A stretch of DNA of 64,000 nucleotides, from assembly GCA_047975285.1 (NCBI GenBank), contig JBKEDG010000091.1, forward strand, positions 18 through 64,017, written 5' to 3'. The position numbers and the translations under genes are program-made. This document shows positions 21,812-32,513 of the stretch, in pieces (the first letter of the stretch is position 1; every line of letters starts with the position of its first letter). The DNA comes from Bacilli bacterium (GTDB lineage Bacteria; Bacillota_I; Bacilli_A; JBKEDG01). The notes under the pieces were generated by a model. That model was not told where the DNA came from, ran no database searches, and worked only from the letters and a program-made list of their open reading frames with translations.

Positions 21812-23932
21812 TTATTTTTTTATTAATGATTTAAACTGAAAATTAATCTTTTTTATCCCATGCGGAATGGCAAAAGCAACAGTAATTATGTCTCCATCAA
21901 TCTCAACTACCATTCCATCTCCATACATTTTATGGTTAACCTTATCACTAACTTTTAATGTGCCCTCTTGAATTCTATCTGCATCAAACTCTAGATTATA
22001 TTCCTTTTTGTCAAACCCAACTTTTTTAATTAAAACCTCACCATTTTTCTCTATCAGGTCATTACCAATTTCATCTATAAATCTACTTGCAGATGTAAAA
22101 GTTACTGACCCATATACAGCCCTTCTTTTAGCTCTGGATAAATATAACTTTTTTTTAGTTCTAGTGATTCCAACATAACACAGTCTTCTTTCTTCTTCTA
22201 GTTCATCAAATTTATCAATACTATTTCTGTGTGGGAACAACTCTTCTTCCATCCCAACCATAAACACATAATCATATTCTAATCCTTTGGCAGAATGCAA
22301 TGTCATTAAAGTAAGTTTATTTTCAACATCATCATATTGCTTTATATCTGCAACTAAACTTATTTGGTCTAAAAACTCTTCTAATGTTAAAGTATCATTT
22401 TCACTCTCAAAACTGATTGCAATGTTTAAAAATTCATCTATGTATTCTAGTTTGGTTTGACTTTCAATTGATAAATCATTATATTGTTCTTTATATTTTG
22501 TATCTAATAAAACTTTTTTAATTGTGTCGCTGACAAGATTGTTCTTAGAGTATTTTACAAGATTTCTAATAATTTGATTAAAGTCAAAGAGTTTTTCATT
22601 CATTTTATCGCTAAGACTGTCTAATTTTATTGTTTCCATTAGGCTAAGACTATTTTTATTTGCAACCAACCCAAGTTTTTCTATTGTCATATATCCTATT
22701 CCTCTCTTAGGAGAATTTACAACTCTTCTAAAACTTATATCATCATCAAGATTAGTTATTAACTTTAAATATGCAATCAAGTCTTTTATTTCTTTTCTAG
22801 CATAGAAATAGTAACTACCTACAATGTTATAAGCAATATTTTCTTGTAATAAAACTTCTTCAAATATTCTTGATTGAGCATTAGTACGATATAAAATAGC
22901 GATATCATTTAACAAAACTTTATTACTACAAAGTTTAATAATATTCCCTACAACTTCATTTGCTTCATCTATATCACTTTCATATTCACTATATTCTAAT
23001 AAATCTCCTTTCTCATTATTAGTATATAGGTTTTTATGCTTTCGATTAGTATTATACTTTATCACTTCATTAGCAGCTGCAATAATGCTCTTACTGCTTC
23101 GATAATTTTGTTCAAGTAGAATTACATTGGCATTTGGATAATCTTTTTCAAAATTTAATATATTGCTCATATCAGCTCCACGCCACGAATAAATCGATTG
23201 GTCTCCATCACCTACAACAAATATATTTTTATATTTATCTCCTAGTAACTTTACTAATTTATACTGAACTTGATTAGTATCTTGATATTCATCAACTAGA
23301 ATATATCTATATATATTCTGATATCTATCTAATACTTCCCTAAAATTTTCAAAAAGTTTTAACGGCAAGACTAATAAATCATCAAAGTCTACACAGTTAT
23401 TTATATATAAAGTATCACAATATTGTTTACAAACACTAATAATATTATTGTCATATAAATTTTCTTTTTTTAATTTTTCTATACTCAATTGCTCGTTTTT
23501 CATCTTGGAAACTATGGATAAAATATTTCTACAATTATACTTCTTTGAATCTAAATTCATTTCTTTAATAATTCTCTTTACTATAATAACTTGATCATTA
23601 CTATCTAATATTGTAAAACCATTTTTATACCCTAGCTTAGTGATTTCTCTTCTTAAAATTCTTAATCCAAAACTATGAAATGTAGATATTGTTGCCTCTT
23701 GTGAATTTTCATTTAACATCTCAAAAATCCTAGTTTTCATTTCATTTGCTGCTTTATTTGTAAAAGTTATCGCTAAAATATTGTATGGTCTTACTCCACT
23801 ATTTATTAGATACGCAATTTTATGTGTAAGTACCCTCGTTTTTCCACTACCAGCTCCTGCAACAACTAGTGTAGGCCCATCGCTTTCTAAAATAGCCTCT
23901 TTTTGTTGATCGTTTAACTCATTTATTTTCAT
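21812..23932 (-). CDS. pcrA: ATP-dependent DNA helicase PcrA/UvrD
   Basis: AGAGSGKT, TFTNKAA, VDEYQD, QNYRS, HSAKGLE and EERRLCYV. Confidence 0.96.
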   Translation of the reverse strand: MKINELNDQQKEAILESDGPTLVVAGAGSGKTRVLTHKIAYLINSGVRPYNILAITFTNKAANEMKTRIFEMLNENSQEATISTFHSFGLRILRREITKLGYKNGFTILDSNDQVIIVKRIIKEMNLDSKKYNCRNILSIVSKMKNEQLSIEKLKKENLYDNNIISVCKQYCDTLYINNCVDFDDLLVLPLKLFENFREVLDRYQNIYRYILVDEYQDTNQVQYKLVKLLGDKYKNIFVVGDGDQSIYSWRGADMSNILNFEKDYPNANVILLEQNYRSSKSIIAAANEVIKYNTNRKHKNLYTNNEKGDLLEYSEYESDIDEANEVVGNIIKLCSNKVLLNDIAILYRTNAQSRIFEEVLLQENIAYNIVGSYYFYARKEIKDLIAYLKLITNLDDDISFRRVVNSPKRGIGYMTIEKLGLVANKNSLSLMETIKLDSLSDKMNEKLFDFNQIIRNLVKYSKNNLVSDTIKKVLLDTKYKEQYNDLSIESQTKLEYIDEFLNIAISFESENDTLTLEEFLDQISLVADIKQYDDVENKLTLMTLHSAKGLEYDYVFMVGMEEELFPHRNSIDKFDELEEERRLCYVGITRTKKKLYLSRAKRRAVYGSVTFTSASRFIDEIGNDLIEKNGEVLIKKVGFDKKEYNLEFDADRIQEGTLKVSDKVNHKMYGDGMVVEIDGDIITVAFAIPHGIKKINFQFKSLIKK

Positions 23933-23975
23933 ACCTAAACCTCTTATCTATCATATCGTAAAAATAAGAATGAAA

Positions 23976-24482
23976 TTATTTATCATTCTTACTAAATAAC
24001 TGATTAAATACATCAGTAAAATATTCCTCATTACTATTGCTGTCTTTGCTATCATAAAGTTGTGATGAGTCGTTAAACTCTCCACTCTTTAATGAAATTA
24101 TTGCTGGTACACCTTTAATATCATATTTTTCAAAGTAATGCTCAAATTCATCACTTGTAGTATTAGCATAATATATAATCTTAACTCCGTATTCTTTTGC
24201 AACTGAATCTAATATAGGCGCCGCCTCTATACAATACGGTCAAGTACTTCTTCCAAAAAATATGTATGCATCTTCCTTATTATTAATAACTTCTTCTAAT
24301 TTAATAGCATCTACTTTTACAAAAACATGGTCACTTTTAAGTTTATATCCTTCAAAGTTTATATCCTCTATTTCCTTAGAAGTTTCTTGCGGTTTTTCTT
24401 CCGACTTATCTTCACCTTTAGAACAACCTACTAATGTAAATGTTAATAACACCGCGCTCATTGCTATAATGATTTTTTTCAT
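23976..24482 (-). CDS. 168-aa thioredoxin-fold lipoprotein with a UxxC motif (in-frame TGA at 24240-24242); candidate selenoprotein
   Basis: Lipobox LVG-C20. Sequence IFFGRST-[TGA]-PYCIEAAPIL. 87 sense codons follow the TGA, including the cis-Pro motif GVPAII, to TAA at 23976. ATG is coupled to the buk stop (TAAGATG). Confidence 0.82.
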
Positions 24483-24483
24483 C

Positions 24484-25551
24484 TTAATATACCATCGCTT
24501 TCTCTTCTTCATCTAAAATTCGTAATGTTCCTTCAACTAATGCTTGCAATTCATCTTCACCTGGATAGATTAGCACTTGAGCAATAAATTTTACACGATT
24601 TTTAATCCATCCTGTCAACATATCATTATGAGCAAGACCCCCTGTAATAATAATTGCATCCACTTCTCCATAAAGACTTGCACTTACACTTGCAATTTCC
24701 TTACTTATTTGATAAGCAAGAGCTTCAAAAATAAATTTAGCTTTTTCATCTCCACTTGCAATCATTTTAGAAACTTCAAGTCCATCATTAGTTCCTAAAT
24801 GTGCAACTAACCCACCATTCCCATAGTTTTTTTTCTTTATCTCTTCAAGAGTATATTCATTTGCAAATATTGATTTATATAATTTCCCAAGTGGAACAGT
24901 TCCACTGCGTTCAGGTGACATCGGACCATCTCCATCCAAAGCGTTGTTAACATCAATAACTTCACCTTTACAATGTGCCCCAACACTGATTCCTCCTCCA
25001 AGATGTGCTACAATCAAATTCATATCATTATAATTTTTACCTATTTCTTTTGCATATCGTTTAGCGACAGCTTTTTGATTTAAAGCATGAAATAAACTAT
25101 CTCTTGGAAATTCAGGCATTCCTGTAACTTTTGCAATATCTAACATTTCATCCACTGCAACAGGATCAACAATATATGCTTCTACACCTATAGCATCAGC
25201 AATTTCTCTTGCAATCACACATCCTAAATTAGAAGCGTGTTCACCCCTTGGAGCAACCTTCACATAGTCTAGCATTGTTTTATTAACAATATAAGTACCA
25301 CTAGGAATTGGCTTAAACATACCGCCACGACCAACAATAGCACTAAGTGAGCCCAACTTTATACCTGCTTCATCTAGTTTTTGTAATATAATATTTTTTC
25401 TAAATTCATACTGATCAAATATAGTATCAAATTTTTCTAACTCCTCATTACTATGTCTTAATGTCTGTGTAAAAACACATGTTGTTTCTTCATATACCGC
25501 AATTTTCGTGGATGTTGACCCTGGATTTAAAGCTAAAATTTTTCTTTTCAT
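24484..25551 (-). CDS. buk: Butyrate (branched-chain carboxylate) kinase
   Basis: NPGSTSTK, GRGG, HASNLG, HALNQKA, AHLGGGISV and GP.SPERSG. Confidence 0.95.
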   Translation of the reverse strand: MKRKILALNPGSTSTKIAVYEETTCVFTQTLRHSNEELEKFDTIFDQYEFRKNIILQKLDEAGIKLGSLSAIVGRGGMFKPIPSGTYIVNKTMLDYVKVAPRGEHASNLGCVIAREIADAIGVEAYIVDPVAVDEMLDIAKVTGMPEFPRDSLFHALNQKAVAKRYAKEIGKNYNDMNLIVAHLGGGISVGAHCKGEVIDVNNALDGDGPMSPERSGTVPLGKLYKSIFANEYTLEEIKKKNYGNGGLVAHLGTNDGLEVSKMIASGDEKAKFIFEALAYQISKEIASVSASLYGEVDAIIITGGLAHNDMLTGWIKNRVKFIAQVLIYPGEDELQALVEGTLRILDEEEKAMVY

Positions 25552-25552
25552 A

Positions 25553-26029
25553 TTATCTCTCCTTTTTCATTAATAGTAAAGTGCACATCGAGAAAACTCC
25601 TTCAACTCGTCCAACAAAACCAAGTCCTTCTCCCCTTGTTGCCTTTATATTCACATTATTTGACTTAACTATTTTACCAATATTATCTTTCATTAACAAC
25701 TTATATTCACTTAAATATGGTTTTTCACATACGATTGTTATATCAATATTTCCAATTTCATATGATGATTCCTCCATTAATTTAACAACCTCACTTAATA
25801 AAAGTTTTGAATCAATTCCCTTATATTTGGGATCTTGATCTGAAAAATGTTTTCCAAGATCTCCTAATCCAAGCGCACCTATAATTGCTTCGCAAACACT
25901 ATGAATCACTACATCTGCATCACTATGGCCAAGTAATCCATATTCAAAATCAATTTCAACACCACCCAGCACTAATTTTCTATCTTTTACATATTTATGA
26001 ATGTCAATAGCATTACCAATTCTAATCAT
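25553..26029 (-). CDS. ispF: 2-C-methyl-D-erythritol 2,4-cyclodiphosphate synthase
   Basis: RIG..D.H, GHSDADV..H, GDLG.HF and NIKAT..E.LGF.GR.EG. Confidence 0.96.
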   Translation of the reverse strand: MIRIGNAIDIHKYVKDRKLVLGGVEIDFEYGLLGHSDADVVIHSVCEAIIGALGLGDLGKHFSDQDPKYKGIDSKLLLSEVVKLMEESSYEIGNIDITIVCEKPYLSEYKLLMKDNIGKIVKSNNVNIKATRGEGLGFVGRVEGVFSMCTLLLMKKER

Positions 26030-26465
26030 TTATAAACCCTCGTTCCTCATAAAATTTCTTAAGTTCTAAGTACAACTCTTCACCCTTGTTATAGTTATTA
26101 GCAATTTTTTCTATAGGACAAAGGTCACTGTGAGTGCGATTTAAAATATGTGGAACTATTCTATCATATTTAACTTCACACACATCTTTTAATAGTTTGT
26201 ATGCTGTATTTGTAATAGTTTTGGCAAAAACAAATTTCACATCAAAATCTCTAATTAAAAGGCTAGCACCTTTACCTACAAGTTTATCATAGATATAAAG
26301 TTTACTGCAACTATTTTTTAAATTATAATATTCCTTAACTAAACTAATTACTCCAAAATTATTTTCATCTACGATCAATTTTTGACCATTAACAATTATT
26401 AAAGTAGATTTATTTTCTCTAATATCCTGTATATATTTATTTTGTAGGGTCAATTTTATCAACAT
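26022..26465 (-). CDS. DUF1893-like protein (start uncertain)
   Basis: DKLVGKGA and VP.I.NR...DLCPIE motifs; overlaps both neighbours. Confidence 0.7.
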   Translation of the reverse strand: MLIKLTLQNKYIQDIRENKSTLIIVNGQKLIVDENNFGVISLVKEYYNLKNSCSKLYIYDKLVGKGASLLIRDFDVKFVFAKTITNTAYKLLKDVCEVKYDRIVPHILNRTHSDLCPIEKIANNYNKGEELYLELKKFYEERGFIND

Positions 26466-27558
26466 CCTTTAATAAATTTGGTATTTCTAAATTTTGTGGG
26501 CATAAATTTGTACATATTCCACAATCTACACATTGTGTTGGTAACTGGCTATCACGATATAATAATCCATAAGCCCAATTTAGAAATTTTTCGTTTTCAT
26601 ACATGTTATAATCATTGTAAATAGAAAATGCTTTAGGTATATTAACATTTTGTGGGCAAGGCATACAGTACTTGCACCCAGTACAATTAATTTTTAATCT
26701 GTCGTTAATCATCATTCTTACTTTATCTATTAAAAGCAACTCTTCTTCTGACATTCCTTTAAAATTTGAAACAGTATTAACATTATCTTGCATCTGCTCT
26801 AAACTGCTCATCCCACTTAATATAACTTTTACATTACTAAGATTAGCTAACCAATTTATTGCCCATGAAGAAATTGATCTATTCTTGTCATAATTATAAA
26901 AAACTTGGTTAATCTCTTCATTAAATCCTGATAAGTTCCCTCCTTTAACAGGCTCCATTACAAATACTGGAATATTTCTCTCTTTTAAAATTTCATATCC
27001 TATTATTCCTTGTTGATGATCAATATCCATATAATTAAGTTGTAAAAGTGCAAATTCCCATTCAAAAATATCCACTGTTTCTTTAAAAACTTCTAATGTA
27101 TCATGGAAGGAAAAGCCGATATGTTTAATTTTACCTTCTTTTTTTAAACGCAACAGTTTATCAGCAACATTATACTCATAAAATTTATTAATAACTTTCT
27201 TACTAATTGCATGAACTAGATAAAAATCAATATAATCTGTTTGTAAATTTTCTAATTGTTTTAAAAATAATTCTTCTACATCTTCCTCACTTTCACATAA
27301 CCAAAGTGGCATTTTATCTGCAATATAAAAACTTTCACGTTTATAATCACTAAGTATTTTCCCCATTAGTTTCTCACTTTTATAATCATGGTAAAACAAG
27401 GCATGGTCATAATAAGTCACACCATTATCCATAGCATATTTAATCATTTTTCTAACATGTTCTTCATCAATTTCACCTGAACTATCTAGTGGAAATCTCA
27501 TACTTCCAACACCAAGCAAACTTATTTTTTCAGTAAAATTACTATCTTTATAAATCAT
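26437..27558 (-). CDS. Aldo/keto reductase with a C-terminal 4Fe-4S dicluster domain
   Basis: SLLG.G.MRFP, IGFSFH, VMEPVKGG, CTGCKYCMPCP and CVDCGIC...CPQ; ATG at 27558 after GGAGG. Confidence 0.92.
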   Translation of the reverse strand: MIYKDSNFTEKISLLGVGSMRFPLDSSGEIDEEHVRKMIKYAMDNGVTYYDHALFYHDYKSEKLMGKILSDYKRESFYIADKMPLWLCESEEDVEELFLKQLENLQTDYIDFYLVHAISKKVINKFYEYNVADKLLRLKKEGKIKHIGFSFHDTLEVFKETVDIFEWEFALLQLNYMDIDHQQGIIGYEILKERNIPVFVMEPVKGGNLSGFNEEINQVFYNYDKNRSISSWAINWLANLSNVKVILSGMSSLEQMQDNVNTVSNFKGMSEEELLLIDKVRMMINDRLKINCTGCKYCMPCPQNVNIPKAFSIYNDYNMYENEKFLNWAYGLLYRDSQLPTQCVDCGICTNLCPQNLEIPNLLKDVDKIDPTK

Positions 27559-28168
27559 TGTTACCTCCAAGCTTAAATTTAGCATACTCTAAATCTTCAA
27601 TAGTTGTAATTTTAATATTACTGTAACTTCCATTAACCATGACAACTTCAAAGCCACATTTTTCAATAACTGTTACATCATCACTACATTCTTTATCAAT
27701 ACAGGATAAATAAACACTTCTTTTTACTCCTTGTGGTGTTTGAGCAATATATATATTGCTTCTATCAATATTCTTTCCGTTTTGATCTTTTATTGAATCT
27801 TTAACTACTACAGAAGGCAAAACTGCCACCACATCAGTTAAAGCATTTTCAACTCTTAAAATTGTATCGGTATCAACAAATATACGTGCACCATCATGGA
27901 TCAAAATATTTTCACTCTCACAGATTAACATAGCCTTATAAACTGATTCTTGACGAGTTTTTCCACCTAAAACTATTTTATAGTTTGGAAATTTTTTTAC
28001 AAATAACTCATAATCAACAGCGCTAACTGTAATAATAATATCATAACCTTTAAACTTCTCTAGTGTGTATTCAATCAACATTTTATTTGAAATTTTGTAT
28101 AGTAACTTATTATATCCTAAATTACAACGACTCCCTGATCCAGCCGCTAAAATTATAACTGTTTTCAT
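27548..28168 (-). CDS. ispD: 2-C-methyl-D-erythritol 4-phosphate cytidylyltransferase
   Basis: LAAGSGSR, GG.TRQESV, IHDGAR, QTPQ and NIKITT.ED. Confidence 0.93.
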   Translation of the reverse strand: MKTVIILAAGSGSRCNLGYNKLLYKISNKMLIEYTLEKFKGYDIIITVSAVDYELFVKKFPNYKIVLGGKTRQESVYKAMLICESENILIHDGARIFVDTDTILRVENALTDVVAVLPSVVVKDSIKDQNGKNIDRSNIYIAQTPQGVKRSVYLSCIDKECSDDVTVIEKCGFEVVMVNGSYSNIKITTIEDLEYAKFKLGGNNDL

Positions 28169-28178
28169 AGTCATTCAC

Positions 28179-28733
28179 CTAAAACACTAATGCGTTTATC
28201 TCAGTAATAAAAGCATTGTACGCTGAATTGTATCTTAATACTTCACTCTGATCAACATCTTTACCAATAACTTCATAAGTAAAATCTACCAAATTATATT
28301 TTACAAATTTAACATCTTTAGAACTTATAAGCTGGAGATAGGAATATTTCCCTTCACTATCTAAATAATAAATCATATTGTATCCATCATTATTAAAATC
28401 AACTTTTATTTCTCTTTCATATATATTTAAGCAACTATCACTAATCATATATTTAACACGATTATCATCGATATTAACTTTTTCGCATAAATATTTATTA
28501 TATGCTCGTTCATAAAGTGTATTACCTATATTATGAAAGCCCATTTTTTCTAAATCATTACCAAAATAATCAAGGCTAACATATATGTCATTTACTTGAT
28601 TAATATTATGTATGTACCCGAAATCTTTATTATACATTGAATCATTAAAGGTTGTTTCATAAATTTTTAAAGATAACAACATTATTACAGATATTATTAT
28701 AGCAATTAGTCCATTCTTCTTACAGTATTTCAT
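28179..28733 (-). CDS. Hypothetical membrane-anchored or exported protein
   Basis: One N-terminal hydrophobic helix after basic residues; GAGGTG SD. Confidence 0.7.
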   Translation of the reverse strand: MKYCKKNGLIAIIISVIMLLSLKIYETTFNDSMYNKDFGYIHNINQVNDIYVSLDYFGNDLEKMGFHNIGNTLYERAYNKYLCEKVNIDDNRVKYMISDSCLNIYEREIKVDFNNDGYNMIYYLDSEGKYSYLQLISSKDVKFVKYNLVDFTYEVIGKDVDQSEVLRYNSAYNAFITEINALVF

Positions 28734-28799
28734 ATCAGCACCTCATATCTATTCTACCATATATTGAATAATTTTTACAGAGTTTTTTGTTTATTATGA

Positions 28800-28828
28800 T
28801 TTACTATGTTAGGTTTCTATGTTATAAT
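28800..28828 (+). promoter_or_regulatory. SigA promoter of rubrerythrin
   Basis: TTTACT-17-TATAAT with an extended -10 (TGtTATAAT). Confidence 0.65.
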
Positions 28829-28854
28829 TATACCATACAAATTTAAGGAGGAAA

Positions 28855-29442
28855 ATGATGAAAAATACAAAAACATTTCAAAATTTAATGAATTCTTTTG
28901 CTGGAGAATCACAAGCAAGAAACCGCTACAGATTATTCGCTTCTGTTGCAAAGAAAGAAGGTTGGAGTAATATTTCAGCAATTTTTGAAGAAACAGCGGA
29001 AAATGAATTTTATCATGCTAAAGAATTTTACAATTTACTTATAGAATTAGTTGGAGAGGAAAACATTCCAGAAACTATGCAAGTAAACGGAACTTATCCT
29101 ATTGCAAAGAAATCTACATACGATAATCTTATGTATTCAGCTAATGGTGAAAGTGAAGAAGTTGTAGATTATGCTAAATTTGCTGAAGAAGCAAAAGAAG
29201 AAGGATTTAACAAAATTGCTTCAAAATTCAAATTAGTTGGTGCAGTGGAAGCTCATCATGCTAACCGATATGAAAAAGTTGCAAAACTTTTACAAGCTGA
29301 AGAATTTGTAAATAAAAGTGAGTCAACTTCTTGGAAGTGTATGAAATGCGGACATATTCATACAGGAAATAACGCACCTGGGCTTTGTCCAATTTGTTCT
29401 CATGGAACTGGATATTTTGAAAAATTTGAATTAAACGTATAA
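28855..29442 (+). CDS. rbr: Rubrerythrin
   Basis: FAGESQARNRY, ExxH di-iron motifs and a C-terminal CxxC...CPxC rubredoxin-like domain. Confidence 0.95.
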   Translation: MMKNTKTFQNLMNSFAGESQARNRYRLFASVAKKEGWSNISAIFEETAENEFYHAKEFYNLLIELVGEENIPETMQVNGTYPIAKKSTYDNLMYSANGESEEVVDYAKFAEEAKEEGFNKIASKFKLVGAVEAHHANRYEKVAKLLQAEEFVNKSESTSWKCMKCGHIHTGNNAPGLCPICSHGTGYFEKFELNV

Positions 29443-29516
29443 TTTAGCTTTAAAACTATTAACATTGTTAGTAGTTTTTTGTTGTCTAAGTAATATTTTA
29501 AAAAACGGAGGCTAAT

Positions 29517-30479
29517 ATGGATTATTATTTAGGAATTGATGGTGGTGGAACAAAAACACATGCAGTAGTAATTGATAGTAATTTTCAAATTATTTATGAG
29601 AAAAAGTTTGAAGGCACTTATATTATAACTGCTGGAGAAGCGGCATTTACAAATACAATGCAATCTATATACAATGATGTAATAAACATTACAAATGATA
29701 ATTTAAAATATATTTTTTGTGCCCTTGCTGGTTATGGTGAATTTAAAAGCGATAATTTAAAAATTGAGACCATCCTAAATAAAATATTTTTTAAAACAAG
29801 TTATACTGTGCTTAATGACTCTATTGGTGGATGGGCAGGAGGATTACTTTGTAAAGATGGTATTGGTGTAATAGCAGGTACTGGATCTTGTTGTTGTGGT
29901 GTAGTTAATAATAATTATTACCGTGTTGGTGGATGGGGATATCTCGCTGGAGATGAGGCAAGTGCATATTGGATTGCATTAAAAGTTGTTAACAGTTATG
30001 TCAAAATGCTAGATGGAAGGCTAGAACCTACACTTATCAAAGATGTAATCGATAAAGAATTCAATTTAGATAATGACTATAATATTTTAAACTTAATATA
30101 TAGAGAAATGGACTGTAAAAGACCAGAAATAGCAAAAATCGCCAAATGCTGTAGCAAGGCTGCAGAAAGTGGCTGTAATATCTCTAAACAAATTCTTGAA
30201 GATGCAGCAAATGAACTGTTTATGCACATTAATTCAATTGCCAAAAAATTCCCCAAGAACAAAAAAATACCTATAACATATACAGGAGGAGTTTTTAATA
30301 GTTTAATTTTTAAAAAAAGTTTAAATAATTTTATAACAAATTCATATTTTAATCTTTATTTGCAAGATCCCATAACTGATGCTGGGAGAGGAAGTGCGTT
30401 ATATGCATATATTCTTAGCGGAAATCATTTAACATCAAGTGATAGACTAAAATTGAAAAATATATATAAAATAGTATAG
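29517..30479 (+). CDS. BadF/BadG/BcrA/BcrD-family sugar kinase (GlcNAc/MurNAc kinase-like)
   Basis: GIDGGGTKT, VIAGTGS and RVGGWG...GDE.SAYWI. Confidence 0.88.
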   Translation: MDYYLGIDGGGTKTHAVVIDSNFQIIYEKKFEGTYIITAGEAAFTNTMQSIYNDVINITNDNLKYIFCALAGYGEFKSDNLKIETILNKIFFKTSYTVLNDSIGGWAGGLLCKDGIGVIAGTGSCCCGVVNNNYYRVGGWGYLAGDEASAYWIALKVVNSYVKMLDGRLEPTLIKDVIDKEFNLDNDYNILNLIYREMDCKRPEIAKIAKCCSKAAESGCNISKQILEDAANELFMHINSIAKKFPKNKKIPITYTGGVFNSLIFKKSLNNFITNSYFNLYLQDPITDAGRGSALYAYILSGNHLTSSDRLKLKNIYKIV

Positions 30480-30496
30480 AATACTCTATACTATTT

Positions 30497-31297
30497 TTAT
30501 ACAATAATTAGGCTTAGTGCCATTATAAACATTCCTGTAACAAGACCATAAATTGAATAGTGATGTTTACCATATTTTTCAGCTGTAGGTAGCAATTCAT
30601 CTAAAGAAACAAAGACCATCATTCCAGCAACTCCTGCAAATACTATTGCAAAAATAGTGTCATTCATAAATGGCATTAAAAATAAAAATCCGACTATCGC
30701 ACCCAGCGGCTCAGCAAGACCAGATAGAAATGAATAAGTAAACGCTTTATTACGATTATTTGTTGCATAAAAAATTGGAACTGCAACAGCTATACCCTCA
30801 GGAATATTATGAATAGCCACTGCTACTGCGACACTAATTCCTAAATTAGGATCTTTTAGGGCACTTGCAAATGTAGCAAATCCTTCTGGAAAGTTATGTA
30901 ATGCAAGAGCAAAAGCTGTAACTACACCAGTCCTAAGTAAGTTCTTATTTTTTAACTCATTTTTATTAACTTCATTTATTTCATGTGGGTTTTTATCGTT
31001 TGGGATTATTTTATCAATTAGCGCAGTAATTAAAATTCCACAAAAAAAACTTGCTGTGACTATAATATTTGCAGTACTTATTGAATAAATTTTTACTAAC
31101 GACTCCTTGGCGACAAAGAATAACTCAACAAACGAAACATATATCATAACTCCTGCTGAAAATCCTAATATAAATGATAAAAATTGAGTATTAAGTTTAT
31201 GTTTTCTAAGCGTTATTATACTTCCTATTCCTGTAGCTAGTCCAGCAAGTAAAGTAAGTAAGAATGCTAACAAAATTGTATTTAAGGAAAAATCCAT
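30497..31297 (-). CDS. zupT: ZIP-family zinc transporter
   Basis: GFSAGVMIYVS, HNFPEG, HNIPEG and SLDELLP. Confidence 0.94.
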   Translation of the reverse strand: MDFSLNTILLAFLLTLLAGLATGIGSIITLRKHKLNTQFLSFILGFSAGVMIYVSFVELFFVAKESLVKIYSISTANIIVTASFFCGILITALIDKIIPNDKNPHEINEVNKNELKNKNLLRTGVVTAFALALHNFPEGFATFASALKDPNLGISVAVAVAIHNIPEGIAVAVPIFYATNNRNKAFTYSFLSGLAEPLGAIVGFLFLMPFMNDTIFAIVFAGVAGMMVFVSLDELLPTAEKYGKHHYSIYGLVTGMFIMALSLIIV

Positions 31298-31301
31298 TTA
31301 A

Positions 31302-32513
31302 TCACTCCTTTAAAATTCTATAAATTGATTCAAGCGCACATTGACATGACCTTTTTCTAATTATACTTCTGTCTCCATCTAAATGCAATTCTTTTACACT
31401 TGTTTTTCCACGATAGTATATTCCAATATATACTAGTCCTACTGGTTTACTATTTGGAACGTAACTAGCCATTCCTGTAATTGATACTCCTAAATTAGCT
31501 CCCGTTGTTTTTACAATATTTAATGCCATTTCTTTAGCTACTTCAACGCTTACCGCATCATATTTTAAAATTGTCTCTTCATCAATTCCTAATCTTAAAT
31601 GCTTTGATAAATTAGTATAAGTTACTAACCCTTCATTTAGTACATCACTAACTCCAGCAATATCTACAAACATCGATGTCAACATCCCACCAGTGCACGA
31701 CTCACAGATTGCCAGAGTTTCACCCCGATTTCTCAATATATCTACAATTACTTGCATAATTGAATCTTTTGTGGAGTAAACGTACTTACCAAGTTTTTTT
31801 ATAATTTTTGTCCTATATCCATTTAGAATATTTAAGTTCTCATTTTGATTACAACCATATGCAGTAAGTTTAATATCTACAAATTGTTTATCAGCAAAAA
31901 TCCCAAAAACTACATCATCACTAATCAAATCAATTATTTCTGACTCTAATTTACTTTCTCCTATCCCTACAAATTTAATTATAATAGTATTTATATGATT
32001 ATTAGTGATAAAATTATACTTAATCTTATTAAACAAATACTCCAGTTCATCTGGAGGTCCTGGCAAAATTATAATTTCAGTTTCATTAACATTTAGATAA
32101 CTTCCAACTGCAGTACCTTTTTTATTTTCAATAATATTACTATTTTCAATTCTATACGCTTGCTTAAAATTATTCTTTGTCATAATTCTGTTTCGCTTTG
32201 AAAATTTATCTTCTATATCTTTTAAAATTGTTTCATCAAAAATTAAGTTTCTATTTAAACTCTTTGCTATACATTCGATAGTTATATCATCAATAGTAGG
32301 TCCAAGTCCACCTGTAATTATAATGAAATCACAATATTCCAATGTATATAAAAAGGCATTATTTATATTCTTAAAATCATCTCCAACTGAGATGATAATA
32401 TCAGTTTTATATCCGATATCTTTTAAACTTTCGCTTAAAAATCTACTATTTGTATCTACAATATCTCCAGATATAATTTCATTTCCAATTGTAATAATTC
32501 CTGCCTTTTTCAT
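31302..32513 (-). CDS. cinA: Competence/damage-inducible protein CinA (MCF domain plus NMN deamidase)
   Basis: IGNEI..G.IVDTN, GGLGPT.DD.T, LPGPP.E and ESCTGG. Confidence 0.92.
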   Translation of the reverse strand: MKKAGIITIGNEIISGDIVDTNSRFLSESLKDIGYKTDIIISVGDDFKNINNAFLYTLEYCDFIIITGGLGPTIDDITIECIAKSLNRNLIFDETILKDIEDKFSKRNRIMTKNNFKQAYRIENSNIIENKKGTAVGSYLNVNETEIIILPGPPDELEYLFNKIKYNFITNNHINTIIIKFVGIGESKLESEIIDLISDDVVFGIFADKQFVDIKLTAYGCNQNENLNILNGYRTKIIKKLGKYVYSTKDSIMQVIVDILRNRGETLAICESCTGGMLTSMFVDIAGVSDVLNEGLVTYTNLSKHLRLGIDEETILKYDAVSVEVAKEMALNIVKTTGANLGVSITGMASYVPNSKPVGLVYIGIYYRGKTSVKELHLDGDRSIIRKRSCQCALESIYRILKE

